Source of the DNA: Leptogorgia sarmentosa
Lineage: Eukaryota
Direction: 5' to 3'
Length of the DNA stretch: 64,000 bases
Assembly: GCA_964658305.1 (NCBI GenBank)
Contig: OZ210884.1
Span: 6,820,001 to 6,884,000, forward strand
Shown here: piece by piece, positions 11,611 to 25,200 of the stretch
How positions within the stretch are numbered: position 1 is the stretch's first letter
Layout of the letters: each line of letters starts with the position of its first letter
The notes under the pieces: generated by a model
Database searches by the model: none
The model's input: only the letters and a program-made list of their open reading frames with translations
What the model was told of the DNA's origin: nothing
Translations under genes and position numbers: made by a program

Positions 11611-13850
11611 TCATGATCGGCAACACAAAATTGGATCGTGCGTGAACAAGCCTTAACATGATTGAACTGACATTGTTTTCATGTCTTGCTGCCCACGTCG
11701 TTGCCCACGTGGTTCAAAGTTGTTATGACGACACCGAACAATATTATTGAGCCTGACGAGTGCGTAAAGATGCTGAACAATATTCTTGACAACTATAAAG
11801 GCAGTGTGGGCAGCACAACAATATTGTTCAATCTGGTTCTCACTAAAATTGCAACAAGATTTTTTGTAGTGAATTAACATGCCAGCCATTTTAATGTTCG
11901 ATCTGCAGGCCAAACCATAATGAGAAACAATTGCAAAAGGCAAATTTATACAAAGAAAAACAAAGAACAGTTAAAACTTGGACTAATTATAATTATTCAG
12001 GAAATCTGGCAACACTAAAGTTGTCTTTGAGGTTCGTGTTCAGTCCGACCTTACATGGCACAAGTCATGGTTCAATTAAGTCGTAGTTCAAGTCGCGATA
12101 AAATTCACCAACCATTCGCTACGGCAAAAAAAGGAGTTCGAATGCATGATTTGTACTCGTTCGCACTTTTCCTCGACGAAAATAGTGGCGAACTAAATAG
12201 ATTTCAAAAATTGTCACTCTATTTCTATATTCCGCCTATCCAAAATCTATTCTTATACATTCTTCGTCAATTTTTCATGATCAGGTCGTTTGAGGAGCAG
12301 CGATCTTAGCAAGTTATTTCGAAGCAACAAGAGTCTCCTGTGACTCAATGCCGCCATTTTGTTTTGTAGCTTCAGCACGTAGCTATGGAGAAGAAAGAGC
12401 TATTCGCGCGCACTCTTTCCGTACTTAGCCAATTTTAGCAAAAAAAAATTTGCAAGTGGAAAACCGGCTTTAATGTTGCTTTCACACCTTACGTAGGTGT
12501 ACGCACTTAAAAATCTAAATCCTTCTATATTTCAATTTAATAATAAAATAACTTTACAAACACATATACGTCATTCAAAGTATGAGATGCTTTACATTTA
12601 TTCATGTGATTGTGTAGAAGCTAAAACGTTAAAATCAATTTCAATTTTACGTGCATGCATACACGTATACGTAAAAAAACGCGTAACTGGAAAGCAGGCT
12701 TTACAGTCACTCCCAATGGACGACTCCACCCTCGTAGCGCGTTGCATTATGGTTTTAGTGGTGTCATTGATATGTATATGTTTTATTTTAGTCACATTCT
12801 CATTGCGTGAAAATTCTCAACCATTATAATAAATATTGATGACAATGCAATTGCGAAGCGCGTGCGAAAAAGGAAAAAAAAAGTCATGAATAAGCGAATT
12901 TATGGCTGAAATTTTCCTCGTGATAATCATTATACAGCAGAAATAGAGTACGATGTTTACACCATTTAATGAGTCAGGAATATGATCGTAGCTATACGTT
13001 GTGTCTATTGTTTTTGTTTTGTTAAACTGCCCTTCCACTCGTTATTTGGTAATTTTTATCGCCAATATTTCCGAAATCAACTAATTCGGAACATTCAATT
13101 TTTCTATGCTCTATCTTCTCATTAGAAATGGTTTGTAACCATATTAATTCTTCGCAATCTTCATGTAATCATGTTGATTTTTAAGTGCGGTTCCGATATT
13201 TAGGAGTTCACATTTAGATCTTACGCACATGCATGATTACATTTTGCTCCTCTTGCTTGGTCTTGTAGCATTTCGAGACAAATAAAAACTCGAATGTTGC
13301 AGCTATAGGTAGGCGACAACATTTCCAACTTTTTGTTCCATCTACTGTTTCAATTATTTCAATCAAAAGTGATTTTATTTCCTATTATGTCGAAGTATCA
13401 TTAGTATTTGATTTTGGGACACACCTAGCTACTGTAGTGTGTAATTCTCAACGAAGGGTCTACCTTGGCTTGAAATGCCGGAATTTCATTTTCCCACGGT
13501 CATGTGTTCGCCTATCCTTAATTTTTTTATCATATTTTAGGACGTTATAATCCGTAACCTGCTCATCCCCCTATCATCAACTATTTTGCGAATGGAAATT
13601 GAGAAAAGGCCCTTCTGTAACGACGTATCCATTTTACGTCGTTACAGAATACGTCGTATCCATTTTCCTGATGTCGAAAGGCCTTTGCTCAAATCTTATT
13701 ATTATCGTGTGGGTAATGAGTAGAACTTTTGCTGCTTGTAAAATTAACTTGTTGATATTGCAAGTGCGACCTACACTGGCCAATATATTGAAGACTTGAA
13801 GTATATATTATACACTGTTGACCTTTCTCAACAACAAGGATAACAGCTAA

Positions 13851-13975
13851 CCAATAGCGAAAGTCGGAATTAATGAGCCGCATTAACCAATGATCACCCA
13901 CGCATCTTGACCAATCATATGGTCGATCGATTGTGCAAAGTGAACCAATCAGCCAACAGCAACTGTACATAAAAA
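13851..13975 (+). promoter_or_regulatory. Histone H3 promoter: four CCAAT boxes and a TATA-like element
   Basis: CCAAT at 13851, 13887, 13911 and 13945. TACATAAAAA at 13966, about 100 bp upstream of the H3 ATG. Confidence 0.7.
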
Positions 13976-14055
13976 CCCAAGCGGGAAGCTTGAATTTCGA
14001 ATCGTTCGTTCATTTCGTCGACACAGTAAACAAGAAGAAAACCAAGACACATTGA

Positions 14056-14478
<423 letters not shown>

Positions 14479-14508
14479 ACAAAGAAAAGACAACAACAAA
14501 AAAAACCC

Positions 14509-14524
14509 GGCTCTTCTAAGAGCC
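14509..14524 (+). promoter_or_regulatory. Histone 3' stem-loop processing signal
   Basis: GGCTCT-TCTA-AGAGCC: 6-bp stem and 4-nt loop, preceded by an A/C-rich tract and followed by ACCAAA. A purine-rich AAAAGAAG (candidate U7-binding element) overlaps an AATAAA just downstream. Confidence 0.9.
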
Positions 14525-16201
14525 ACCAAATCTAATAAAAGAAGTAAACAAATCTCGATATCACCCATAACCTGGCGCGTTTAGTGCCACGTTTTCCCGA
14601 GTATTAGGCTTAGTGATTGATAATTGATTACTCTTCGCTTACATCGTCGACAAGCAGGATTCCGTACCGGGTATTAACATTCCTGATAGTTCAAAAAGAA
14701 CGGCACTTGTGCTGTCCTAACATCGCAGCCACTAGACTAAGTTCTAACCTCAGTCTGTGGTTGTATTCGCTTAAGTTTCTAATAAATAGTAACCACCACA
14801 TTTCGAGACTAATTCCCAAAAACGCCTTCGTTATACCTGTATATTGTCAGGAAAATTCGAGTGAAAGGATTTTGCCAATGTGTTTTGGCATTTATCAGAT
14901 CGGTTGAATGCAACGCTTCGAAGTAAAACCACTTATCATCATATGACCCGCATTCAGTTCTATTTACCCCTGTTCATTCTATATATAGGAGCTATTTTCC
15001 ATGCACGAAAAGTTTGCAAGCAAATTGCAGATCATTATAAACACGTACTGACGCGTACGATATTTGAAAAATTTAAATAACATTTATTATTGCTGTCATT
15101 TATGTTATGGTTGCTATCCGTTCAAATGCCGAATGTGGAATAATTTGTCCACAAGAACGCAATATATGAAGATCCGGTCATCCGGACGAAACGAAAGCGA
15201 ATTACATTTATATCAGTATTAGCACATGGGAGGGAGACGATTTTAACATAAATGTCGGAAAGACAGTCTTGGCAGAATCCGGACAATATGGTCATGCGAC
15301 GTGCATGCTTTTCAAATATTTCCGTCTTCACAAATCACAAAATCGATTTCTGAACAAATTGATAATGACCTCAAATTTGCATGCCAAAATTCGCGGGTGC
15401 CATTTTGCATTGTTGATCACCAGGATACGGGCAGCCGCAGCCTGAAAATGATAAAGTATAAACAACTTTTTAAACTGATGACAATAATGATCCATTCTAT
15501 ATCATGATCACAATATGTGTGTGGCAGTAAAATTCGCCTCGTGTTGAAAAACAGAGTCGAAAAGAACAGAAAAGGGAGGTTTCCTGTAGTGGTTCTTCAG
15601 AACGCTACAATATGTTATTGCTTGGGCACATAACCTGTGAAAACATTTGGTCCCAGTCCGCCCCCTGCAGACTTACTTTCTTTAAACACGTCAGTCGGTC
15701 AGTTTCAAAGAAGAATTGCGAGGATATATCATTTACAAATATTCAATAATGATATATTAATTAAACAAAATATAAAATACAAGCAAATATATACTACAGC
15801 TATGTAAATATAGACTGTAATAAAGACGAATATAATACCTCAAGCAAGAGGAAATAGCAAATATACTTGTAAAAGCAGACGTACAATATTGAAAAGACAT
15901 GACTTATAATAGTCACGTTTCAATATTTCAACAATGGCGATGAAAAGCGGCGGAAGATTAACACGCGTGGATGTCCACGCAAGTATGCTGCTCATTATTG
16001 CACTCTCAAAACAATCAGTATATCTCATTGTGTATATATCTGATGCGTTTTATCGTGTTTAGGTAATCTAGCCGCAGCAAAACTGGACTTCAAATGAATC
16101 CGTTCATTTTATTGTTGTACCGTTTTGTGTTCTGAAAGGCATTTACAACGGGCGAGTAACACACGTCCGAGATTCGTCGATTCAAAACGCAAGATCGCAC
16201 T

Positions 16202-19200
16202 ATGCTTGCCTGGATTAAGAGCAGTATTTACATCAATTACATGCTTATTGTGGGAGCTGTATTTCTTTTGATAACCACAGATGCAAATCCCACAGAAATA
16301 GCATACAAAGGTAAGCCAACATTGCCTTTTGTTTGCTGACATATATAGATATCAGTGAGCAAAGTTGTCGCAGTTAAACGTGTAAACGATTAGCACAACG
16401 CAAGCAAATATTCACTCGAAGGTCATATTAAAACTTAAGCCAGGTCAAAGGAACAGTTTAAACGTTCATTATGTGGTTTAGTAAGCTTTTGATCATGCTG
16501 TAACTATTCCTGTAACTTCAAGGAGAATATTTATGTATTAGGATTTAAGATTGACGCATGATAATGCTGTAGATTTGTACGACATATGTAGTTAAACACT
16601 CGCCACGGTGGTCTGACTGACTAGTGAGTCGGAACAAGACTATGCCTGCATGATATTATTACATTGAATAAGCAAACAAAAACCCCATGTCGATCTACAG
16701 TTCCCATGCGACTGTATATAAGAGCAGCATCTAGAGCGAATATCACGATCATAATATACATCCATACATAAGTGAGGCTGAGTTGGGATTAATTTTAGTT
16801 TGAGGTATTTCGAAATCCGCAAGTCATTCTTGCAATTAATCTTGTCTACACTTATTATGATATCAGTGTTATCCCCAAAAATTCGAAAATATTTAGAGTT
16901 TACATGATTATTATTCATCTCATAGCATATTCAAGCATAATGATCTCGTCCTATGGCAAGCAGGAATTATTTTTCTAGATATATCTACGTAAATTGTAAA
17001 ATTGTGAGATGCAATTATACAGAGACCACGACCACAGCACTCGTGCTTAGAAATCTTATCGTCCAGATTTCTAGTTTTCTGATGTACTTATTTTGTTGTA
17101 TTTTCTCCTGAACAGTGTGCCGTAACTATACTGTAATAGCTGTGGGAACAAGGAAAGATGAGAGAAGTGGCACATCTTCGTGTACGGGCTGCGACCGATT
17201 GCGAGAGTGTACGAGTGTTGTCGGGAGCGTGCATCTGAAGGGAATTTCATTTAGCGAAAGCAGTGCGCATTTACGAAGAGAATTGCATTTTCCAAAGTTA
17301 CGAGAAATTACAGGACATTTGATCGTGACATTTTTAGAAGATGGTGCTACGAGTGTGAGTGACATTCTACCAAATTTAGCTGTAATTCACGGCCGCGTCG
17401 AGAACCAATTCCTAGGATATGCTTTGGTCGTTTACAAAAACAAAGGACTCCAAAATTTGGGTTTAAATTCCCTGACTTTAGTGAAACAAGGAGGCATTAA
17501 GATTGAATTTAATCCCAAGTTATGTTACTTGGATCGCATTCGATGGCAGGCGTTGATGGACAACGGCCAAGCCACGAAGTACGAGTTAGCAATGAAGGGA
17601 AATTCAAAAGACTGTTTTCCGAAGTGTTCCGAATCTTGTCGGACACCCAGTGGTCAGGGCTCATCTAGTCATATCAAATACTGCTGGGGAAGAAATCAGA
17701 AAAATTGTCAAAAATGTGAGTATCTAGCTACTTTTTCAGGAAGAAAGCTTAGTGGTTACAGTATATAGGGAGTAAAGGAGACTTTATTTCGATTATAACT
17801 TCATATATATGTCTATGGCTTACTGTAGATATTTCTGAAAAACAAAAGGCGCGCTTTCCGGCATTTTACCGCGTGTTTGATAAATGAGTTTGATAGCCCG
17901 TCAGCTTTAATTATTTTGTGGCTTTGAAGAATCGCTTTACGTCTTGTTGTAGCTACTCCATCAAGCTGTATATATTTTTGCATCTACATAAACTTAAGTG
18001 TCGGAATAAATAATTACAGCAGGTTGAAAAGTTTTTAAATCGCATTGACCGCAACTGTAAGCACAAATGTGGCTCCTGCCTTTTTATTTTTATGTAATAA
18101 TCCATTTTGAAGCGATTCTATTTAATGTTTTATGGTAATGCAAAAGGCTCAATCAATTTTCAACAGTGATGAAAAAGACACAGCTGCTTTAAGATTTAAG
18201 AGTCGACTAACACAAGTGCTTTATAAAGACAAAGATGCGAATTGGAGTACCTGCGGCTTAATATATGGGGATCGCGTAACGATGAAACACGCAATTTCGC
18301 AAAGTAATAAAACATTCAATTCATTCATTTTGTGGCTATTTTTATATTTATACAATACAAACCTCAATAATTCGACTTGGATTGTCAACTTGGTTCAGAA
18401 TGAATTCCTTAAGCTTGCTCTAAAGGGTTTAGGGTTGTATAGATTGGCCAATGGTTTAACTTTTAAAAAGGTGTTTAATATTTATTTTGTTATTAAATTT
18501 ATGAAATCACTTTTTAAAACATTTTTAAAGCTTTGGCAGGAAACAGAATTACTGTAAGATATCAGGAATTGCACATAGATGCTTTCAAATATTGGTTATA
18601 GCTACTGTGCTAACTTCCCTAAAAAATTGTAGTGATTGCAGTGTTAAGAGAGTGAGGTGGCCTTTAAATTCAATTTGATTTTTCGTGTTTGATATCCCTA
18701 GGCAATACGTTTTACCATATGAAATATTTTGAGCGTAAATAAGTTATTTTTATGTTTTTGCTGTACCTAATATGATCTTTTAATAGCAACGTACAATACA
18801 TGCGCTGTATAAGTTTTCGGCTTCAACTTTCCAGCCTGTTGAGGACCACAGTATATATATAGCTAGTTACTGAAGGTTGGTCATAAATTTTTGGTCGATA
18901 AATTAACATCTCAAGTCATAACTCATTCCTTTACCCGACCACACTTTACAATAACTTCCTATACACGCGGTACAGTTGATGATTATGTTTGAGCTCAGTT
19001 GAAATCCTTTTTCCAAATCTTAACAATCACAAACGAGAAAAGAGCATTGTGACAGCAAATATTACAAGTACAACACACAAATGGCAAAATTTTGTTCTTT
19101 TTTATAAGCCACAATCAAATCGGCGAAGAACTCAATATTATTTGATGATGTTTTTTTTTTCATTGCAAATGTCAATCTCGTAATCCTGTTGTGGCACTTT

Positions 19201-22200
19201 GTCATAACAGTGAGTGCAATTAGTTTGCTAAGCTTTTAAAAAGAAATGACATCAATCATTCAAGATGACTTGCATACTTTAATTAGTTCAATCAAGTAAT
19301 ACGCATACTGAAAATCAGGGACTCTAAAAAGAATGAGCATTATAATTCAGTCAAAATTCATGGCGAAGGAGGAAGAAACATGCAGAAGAGAACAATATAG
19401 AACGGAAATACTTGAAAATGACAAAAATAGAAAAAAACGCGCAGAACGTATTTAACGTTGGCGCAGAAATATTTATTTTCTCAGTGGTGAAAGCAACATT
19501 TAACGAACGGCATCAATAAAAATTGAAACGAATTGCATTGTATATCTCGCCATACTCTGCAACAATGTGATGTTGCATGGTTCGCTTGTTAATGGATTTC
19601 AAATACTCGTCAAAAATTATTATATCCGATAGAGTTTTGTTATTGGTGTCCTCATTTACATTTTCTTTTGAAAATCTTATCAAATCAGCATCAGAATCTT
19701 CAGAAAACTTTTAGGAAGATGCCGTACTGTTATCAAACAAATGACGGAAATTAACGTGGATTCCACGAGAATGTCCCAATAACATTCATGCCAATGCAAG
19801 TAACATGAGGCTTGTCAAAATCACATGTTATATACTTAATTTGCAAAATTCTTTGCAGGACCGCACTGCCATTGAAACCTATTCTGGTGGATATTTCATA
19901 AAGTACATTCTTGCAATAAAATAAGTTGCCCAAAGAAGTTTTAATTTGTTTTTCATGTGCTACTCGGTGTGTTGTTGAAGAGCGACAAAAGCAATGAAAG
20001 GAAATACGGTGTTTTCAAGGAAATGAACATGACGAATAAAGCCGTGAAACTCAATATCAGTTATATTTAATTTGCGCTCTTTTTCCTAGTTTCCTGGTAA
20101 ATAATTACTCAAAGACCCGAAGAAAAATCATCCTTGATAGCCATAGTGTCGAGACAGACATGAAACCAATGTGTTTCAGCACTTTTGTTTAGCGTTGATT
20201 TTTTAAAAAATAATATAAATTAAAGATACTCCAACTAAGTTGATTCTGGAATGTCCGAATGTTCGAGACGAAAGTCTTGGGAATCTGAAATGAAATTAAC
20301 CCCGTTGTCCAGAAGGCAGCTAAATTGTTTGTCCACAGCGAAGACAAAACATTAATCCAGCAACGTGATTGGTTGGTGAAATAATTCAAAATTTTTGCAG
20401 TGTAGTGTAAAAACATTTTTCAAGGGGCTCCTGGATTTAAGGTTTCACTTAAAACGATTTTTCTCAGTCGCAAAAAGCTCTGCTACACACTACTGTTTGT
20501 GCAATTATTAAACGCCATTATCCAGCAGTAAAGATACCTACGGAGAATTAAATCCCTGATGGTCTGAACCAGATTTACTTGCTTTTCCATAGTGTGTGAT
20601 GTAGACTGTGGTTCACGTGGTTGTGAAGATGGCAGTGTAGAGAAATGTTGTCATAAAGAGTGTCTTGGAGGATGTACCAAAGCAAATTCACCACATCATT
20701 GTAATGCTTGTCAGCATTTACGTATAAAGAGAAATGGTTCGTGTGTGGCTACATGCCCACCAGGATTAAAAGAGGTATAGCCAAAGCAAAAGGTCTTTAA
20801 AACGAAAGAAGGAAATAATAAAGCAGCGAACTCAGTACTGTATTTTCCATGAGAAGCATAATTCCGAGGCGCTGCTATGGTTGGCGCTGAGCGAAAAATT
20901 TTTAACTTTTGAAACCTCTAGTTTGCCGGGAACGATCATTTCAGAGTCGTAACTCTACGTAAACCTTGAACCAAGAGGAGGAATCATCTCCCTCTGCCAA
21001 AACAGTGGAGGGGATATGTATGTCCCCTCCGGCCCCCACACTTCCCCGGGTTTGCGCCCTTGTCCAAGGTGCAGAGGTGCATATGAGGCATATATTGGGC
21101 TTTTTAGGTCTATCTATTTGAAGATGATTGTTAGATTGCCTCACATCATTCTGTTGTGTAATTTTGTAGTTGGAAGAGTTTATCTGCGTTGAAGATTGTC
21201 CTGAAGATAATATCTTGGAACTGAATGGAAAATGTTATAAAAATTCTCCTGTTGGATATAAAAATAATGGTTCCAAATTAGTTAAATGTAATGATTGCCC
21301 AAGAGGTAAATCTAATGATTATTTGCAACAGAATATCGAAAGCCATAGCAGTATCAGCCACAGCGATTACAGCCGCGATTACGAGAGCAGAAACCGATGC
21401 GTTAGCAGCAACTGCAAGGACAATAGAATGACAGAAAGATTTTACTTTACTAACATAAATTTGTTTTTATAGAGTGTGTTGTCACTAGTACTGCGTTCCC
21501 TTTCAATGTACAGAAGATCAATACATTAGCGGACTCTGCCCAATTCAAAGGATGCACAATTATTAAGGGAAGCTTGGAAATTGAAATGAGGAATGTTCCA
21601 GGTAAATAAATGAAATTAGCAGAGTGATACTAGTATTAAATCGGGTTGTATACGAATGTCATTAATACCGTTCGGCAATGGATAATTTGCATAATAGACA
21701 AATTTTCGATGCCAGAAAGAACCTTTCGAAAGAAGCAAAATTCCAAAATTTAGTGGAAAAATATTGTAAGGTGTCAAAGATGTTGCCTTACAAAGTTTGC
21801 AAATTCCCGTTAATTAAGAAAGTTTGAGAAAATTGCAAAGCCATATTTACCGTGTTTTACAACATTTCGCCACCATATTTTGAACTTTTACCACTTTTAA
21901 AAGGTTCTTTCCGGGAATTCGGTTTTTATTGATCAGAAATTTCTCTATTATGCAAATTGTTCATTGGACTGATTAGTTTGAAAAAAATGGAGAACCTGCT
22001 CTGTTTTCTTTCTCGCAAGAATGTGAAACGAATGTAAATATCACACTTGGGCTTGTATAATACTGTGCACCGTCAACTTGCAATAATCAGACCCGACGAA
22101 GGAGCTTACATACACTGGATGGTGAAGTTTTTCTCCTTCTCTTCCCTATAGGTGGTACAAATGTTGCTAAAGTATTAAACGAACATTTTGGAAGTGTAAA

Positions 22201-25200
22201 AACAATCAAAGGATATTTAGTAGTCAGAGAATCTACGCCGCTGATTTCATTAGATTTCTTCAAGAACCTGACGACAATACAAGTACGAAGAGGTTACGGA
22301 TTTTCTGCAAAAGAGTAAGTGGACAATTAGAGCTTCTTAGAGAGCTATCAAAACACGCATGGAAGTTTAATTTGAAGGAAATAATCAGTAACATCGGAAA
22401 CCATTGCTGGCCAAAAGTGTGTAATGTTTTTCAGTTTTTGCACCACTATGAACAGGCTATTTTCTTTGTACAAGTTATTTACGTACGTGAATTCAAATTC
22501 ATTGGTCTCATCACGACCACTTTTGAAAAGTTTATTACGATGGAAATGTGACGGGGCGCTGCGAAAATTTGACGAAAGGAATTTGTTGAAAATCGAAACT
22601 TTTGTTAAATTTTTCTTATAACAAGATAAGATAACAAATGGGATAACATAAATCAAAATATTAAATGTTTAATTGATCGAAACTACTGCTATACTTTTCA
22701 AAAATATTCCCAGTTGTTGAATAATAATTTCTCGTGTATTTTTCCTAGTTACGCATTGGCAATATATGAGAACCCAAACCTGGAGTCACTTTGGAACTTT
22801 CATGCAGATTTCAAAATCACAGGAACCGCATTTACTTCCGGAAACGGTGGAGTATTTGTGCAGTTAAACCCAAGATTGTGTCTTCGTGAAATCTATCCAT
22901 TAATCGAAAATGTTCTGAAACTGAATCGAAGTAACCCCGCTGTTGATGTATCCGAAACAACCAATGGCAATAGCAAAACATGTGAGTTTTTATACATCTA
23001 ACATGTCGATTAAATGATGTGTCCTTTTCTGCGTTTTGAAAGTTTTTTTCCCGGATACTCCAGTTCTGTTCCCTTCTATAATTCAACACCCTCAAGTGGA
23101 ACATATTTTATTTTTAAGAATGTGTAATGTATGTATATCCAACACACTTTTTCGATATTTAGCTAACTACTTCATGAATAGTTTCTGGTCTGGAGCCTCA
23201 CTGATATTAGTACATGATAGTAAATGATGCGAAGTCATTGACTTACGATTGATAAGAGGGAGGCTTATGGGGCGATTGACTTAGTTATCCAAAGAATGTA
23301 TTGTCATTTGTTAAATGATGGTAAACTCGCGATTTTCCTTCCCCTATTTTAAGGTATGCGTTCACACCTTAAAATAAATTCAACTGTAAAGTGGTATGCT
23401 GTAATGAAATATTGAAATAAATTTATTAATTTGTCGTTTGTTTTAGGTAATGTCCACTTTGTGAATCTCACAATAACGCCGAATGTACCAAGATGCAAAG
23501 GCATTTGTGTTAAAGTCTCTTGGCCAAACAAAGCAATCAACGATGACTATCGGAATGTTTTACTTTATACTGTATGGTACAGAGAAACGTGGGTATCTTC
23601 AAGACTTATTGCAAGTTTTACTGTGTGTTTAAATGGGAGTTATAGTGGGTCGTATGCACACCCATTAACTTCACAGAACGCTCATACCAAACAAAACATA
23701 ATATAAGCACGTTTTGGCGAGCTGTGCATGTAGTTTCCAATCTATTTTTCAACTCGTGTTTATTTTTAGCACGAGAACAGATCTCAGTGAATATGATGAC
23801 GTTGATGCCTGCAATTCAGATCACGTGTAAGTTATTCAGGCTATCTTGTTTTAAGTATTTTTACGTTTCATTAAATGCATCCCAAAAATGACAGCATTGC
23901 ATGAAAAATTATGTTTTTTAAACTCACCGTGATTAATTTTGTTTAGCTGGAATCGCCGGGACCATAAAAGAAGAGGGTATGTTGAAAATTTGATTGATTC
24001 TTTCAAGCAAAGGTCCAACAAATTACTTCCTCAGGAATTGAAATTAGAAATTTTGATGCTGCCTAACGTCGTTCCGTTTTTATAATTTTCTGTTACCACA
24101 GCCAGCCCAGAAATGACCTATAAATAATATTTAAATAACCTAAAATCAATCGAATTTATGCATGATATTCCGTTCGCGTATAGTGCGAACGTCAAATTAT
24201 CGATGCAGCCAGGCCATTCAATTGAAGGAATATTATGCAAAAGAAGATTGATTTTAGGTTTCTAAAGAGAAAAGCTCATTCTGGGCTACTGTAATTCACC
24301 TGTTTTTTCATCGTAGGTCGACAGCCATTTCGATTTTTATCCGTGGTTTGAAAGCTCACACTCTATATGCATTTCGTCTGGAGGCAATTGTGATTGCAGG
24401 CACGGGCGTGAAGAGCCACATCACTTATTTTAAAACAAGACAAACAAGTATGTGCAATGCTTTAAAGCAGATGTAAAAGTCCGTAAACGAACGGAATACG
24501 AGAGAAAAGATTCTCCGAAAATAAACATCTTGTTAACTCAAGATATGAGTTATTAAAAACATGCAAGACACAATATTCTAGGTGATATTTGATTCTATTT
24601 CAAAGTCATTGTCAAACATCTGCATGTGAATGCTCTCGTTGTTGTGAGCAGAGACAAGTTGTTGGTCAAATTAGGTAAACAAAATTCAGGTTTAAAAGTA
24701 AATTTCATAGATTACAATGTTTGTTTTAGAACCGTCAATGCCGCGAAACCTCGAAGTTAATTTTCTATCCTCATCTTCCCTACATGTGAACTGGAAAAAG
24801 CCTTTTTTCCCTAACGGCGATATCACCCATTACGTCGTAAGATATCACGAAATTGAGTCATCGCATTTGTGGAATATTAAGATTAACTGGTGTACAGCTA
24901 TAGACTCTTCTAATTTGTATGGAACGAAAGCAGAGGAGAAACCAGAAGAAGGTGAGTTGTATATTAGAGAATGAATATGGCGTGAGTTTGCGTTTACTCA
25001 ATGTTTAGCAACAGTTGATAATCGAACCTAAATCATGGACAGAAGTTGTTGTATTAACATCTCCCTGAATTCAGTGTTGGCGCTGTGAAATCTCAACACG
25101 GCTTTGATTTCGGAGATGAATATAGTACAGCACTTGGATTGTGGGTGTATAAACTTGTCGCCATATCTCACTGACGTATATAACCACGTGCATGGCTAAT

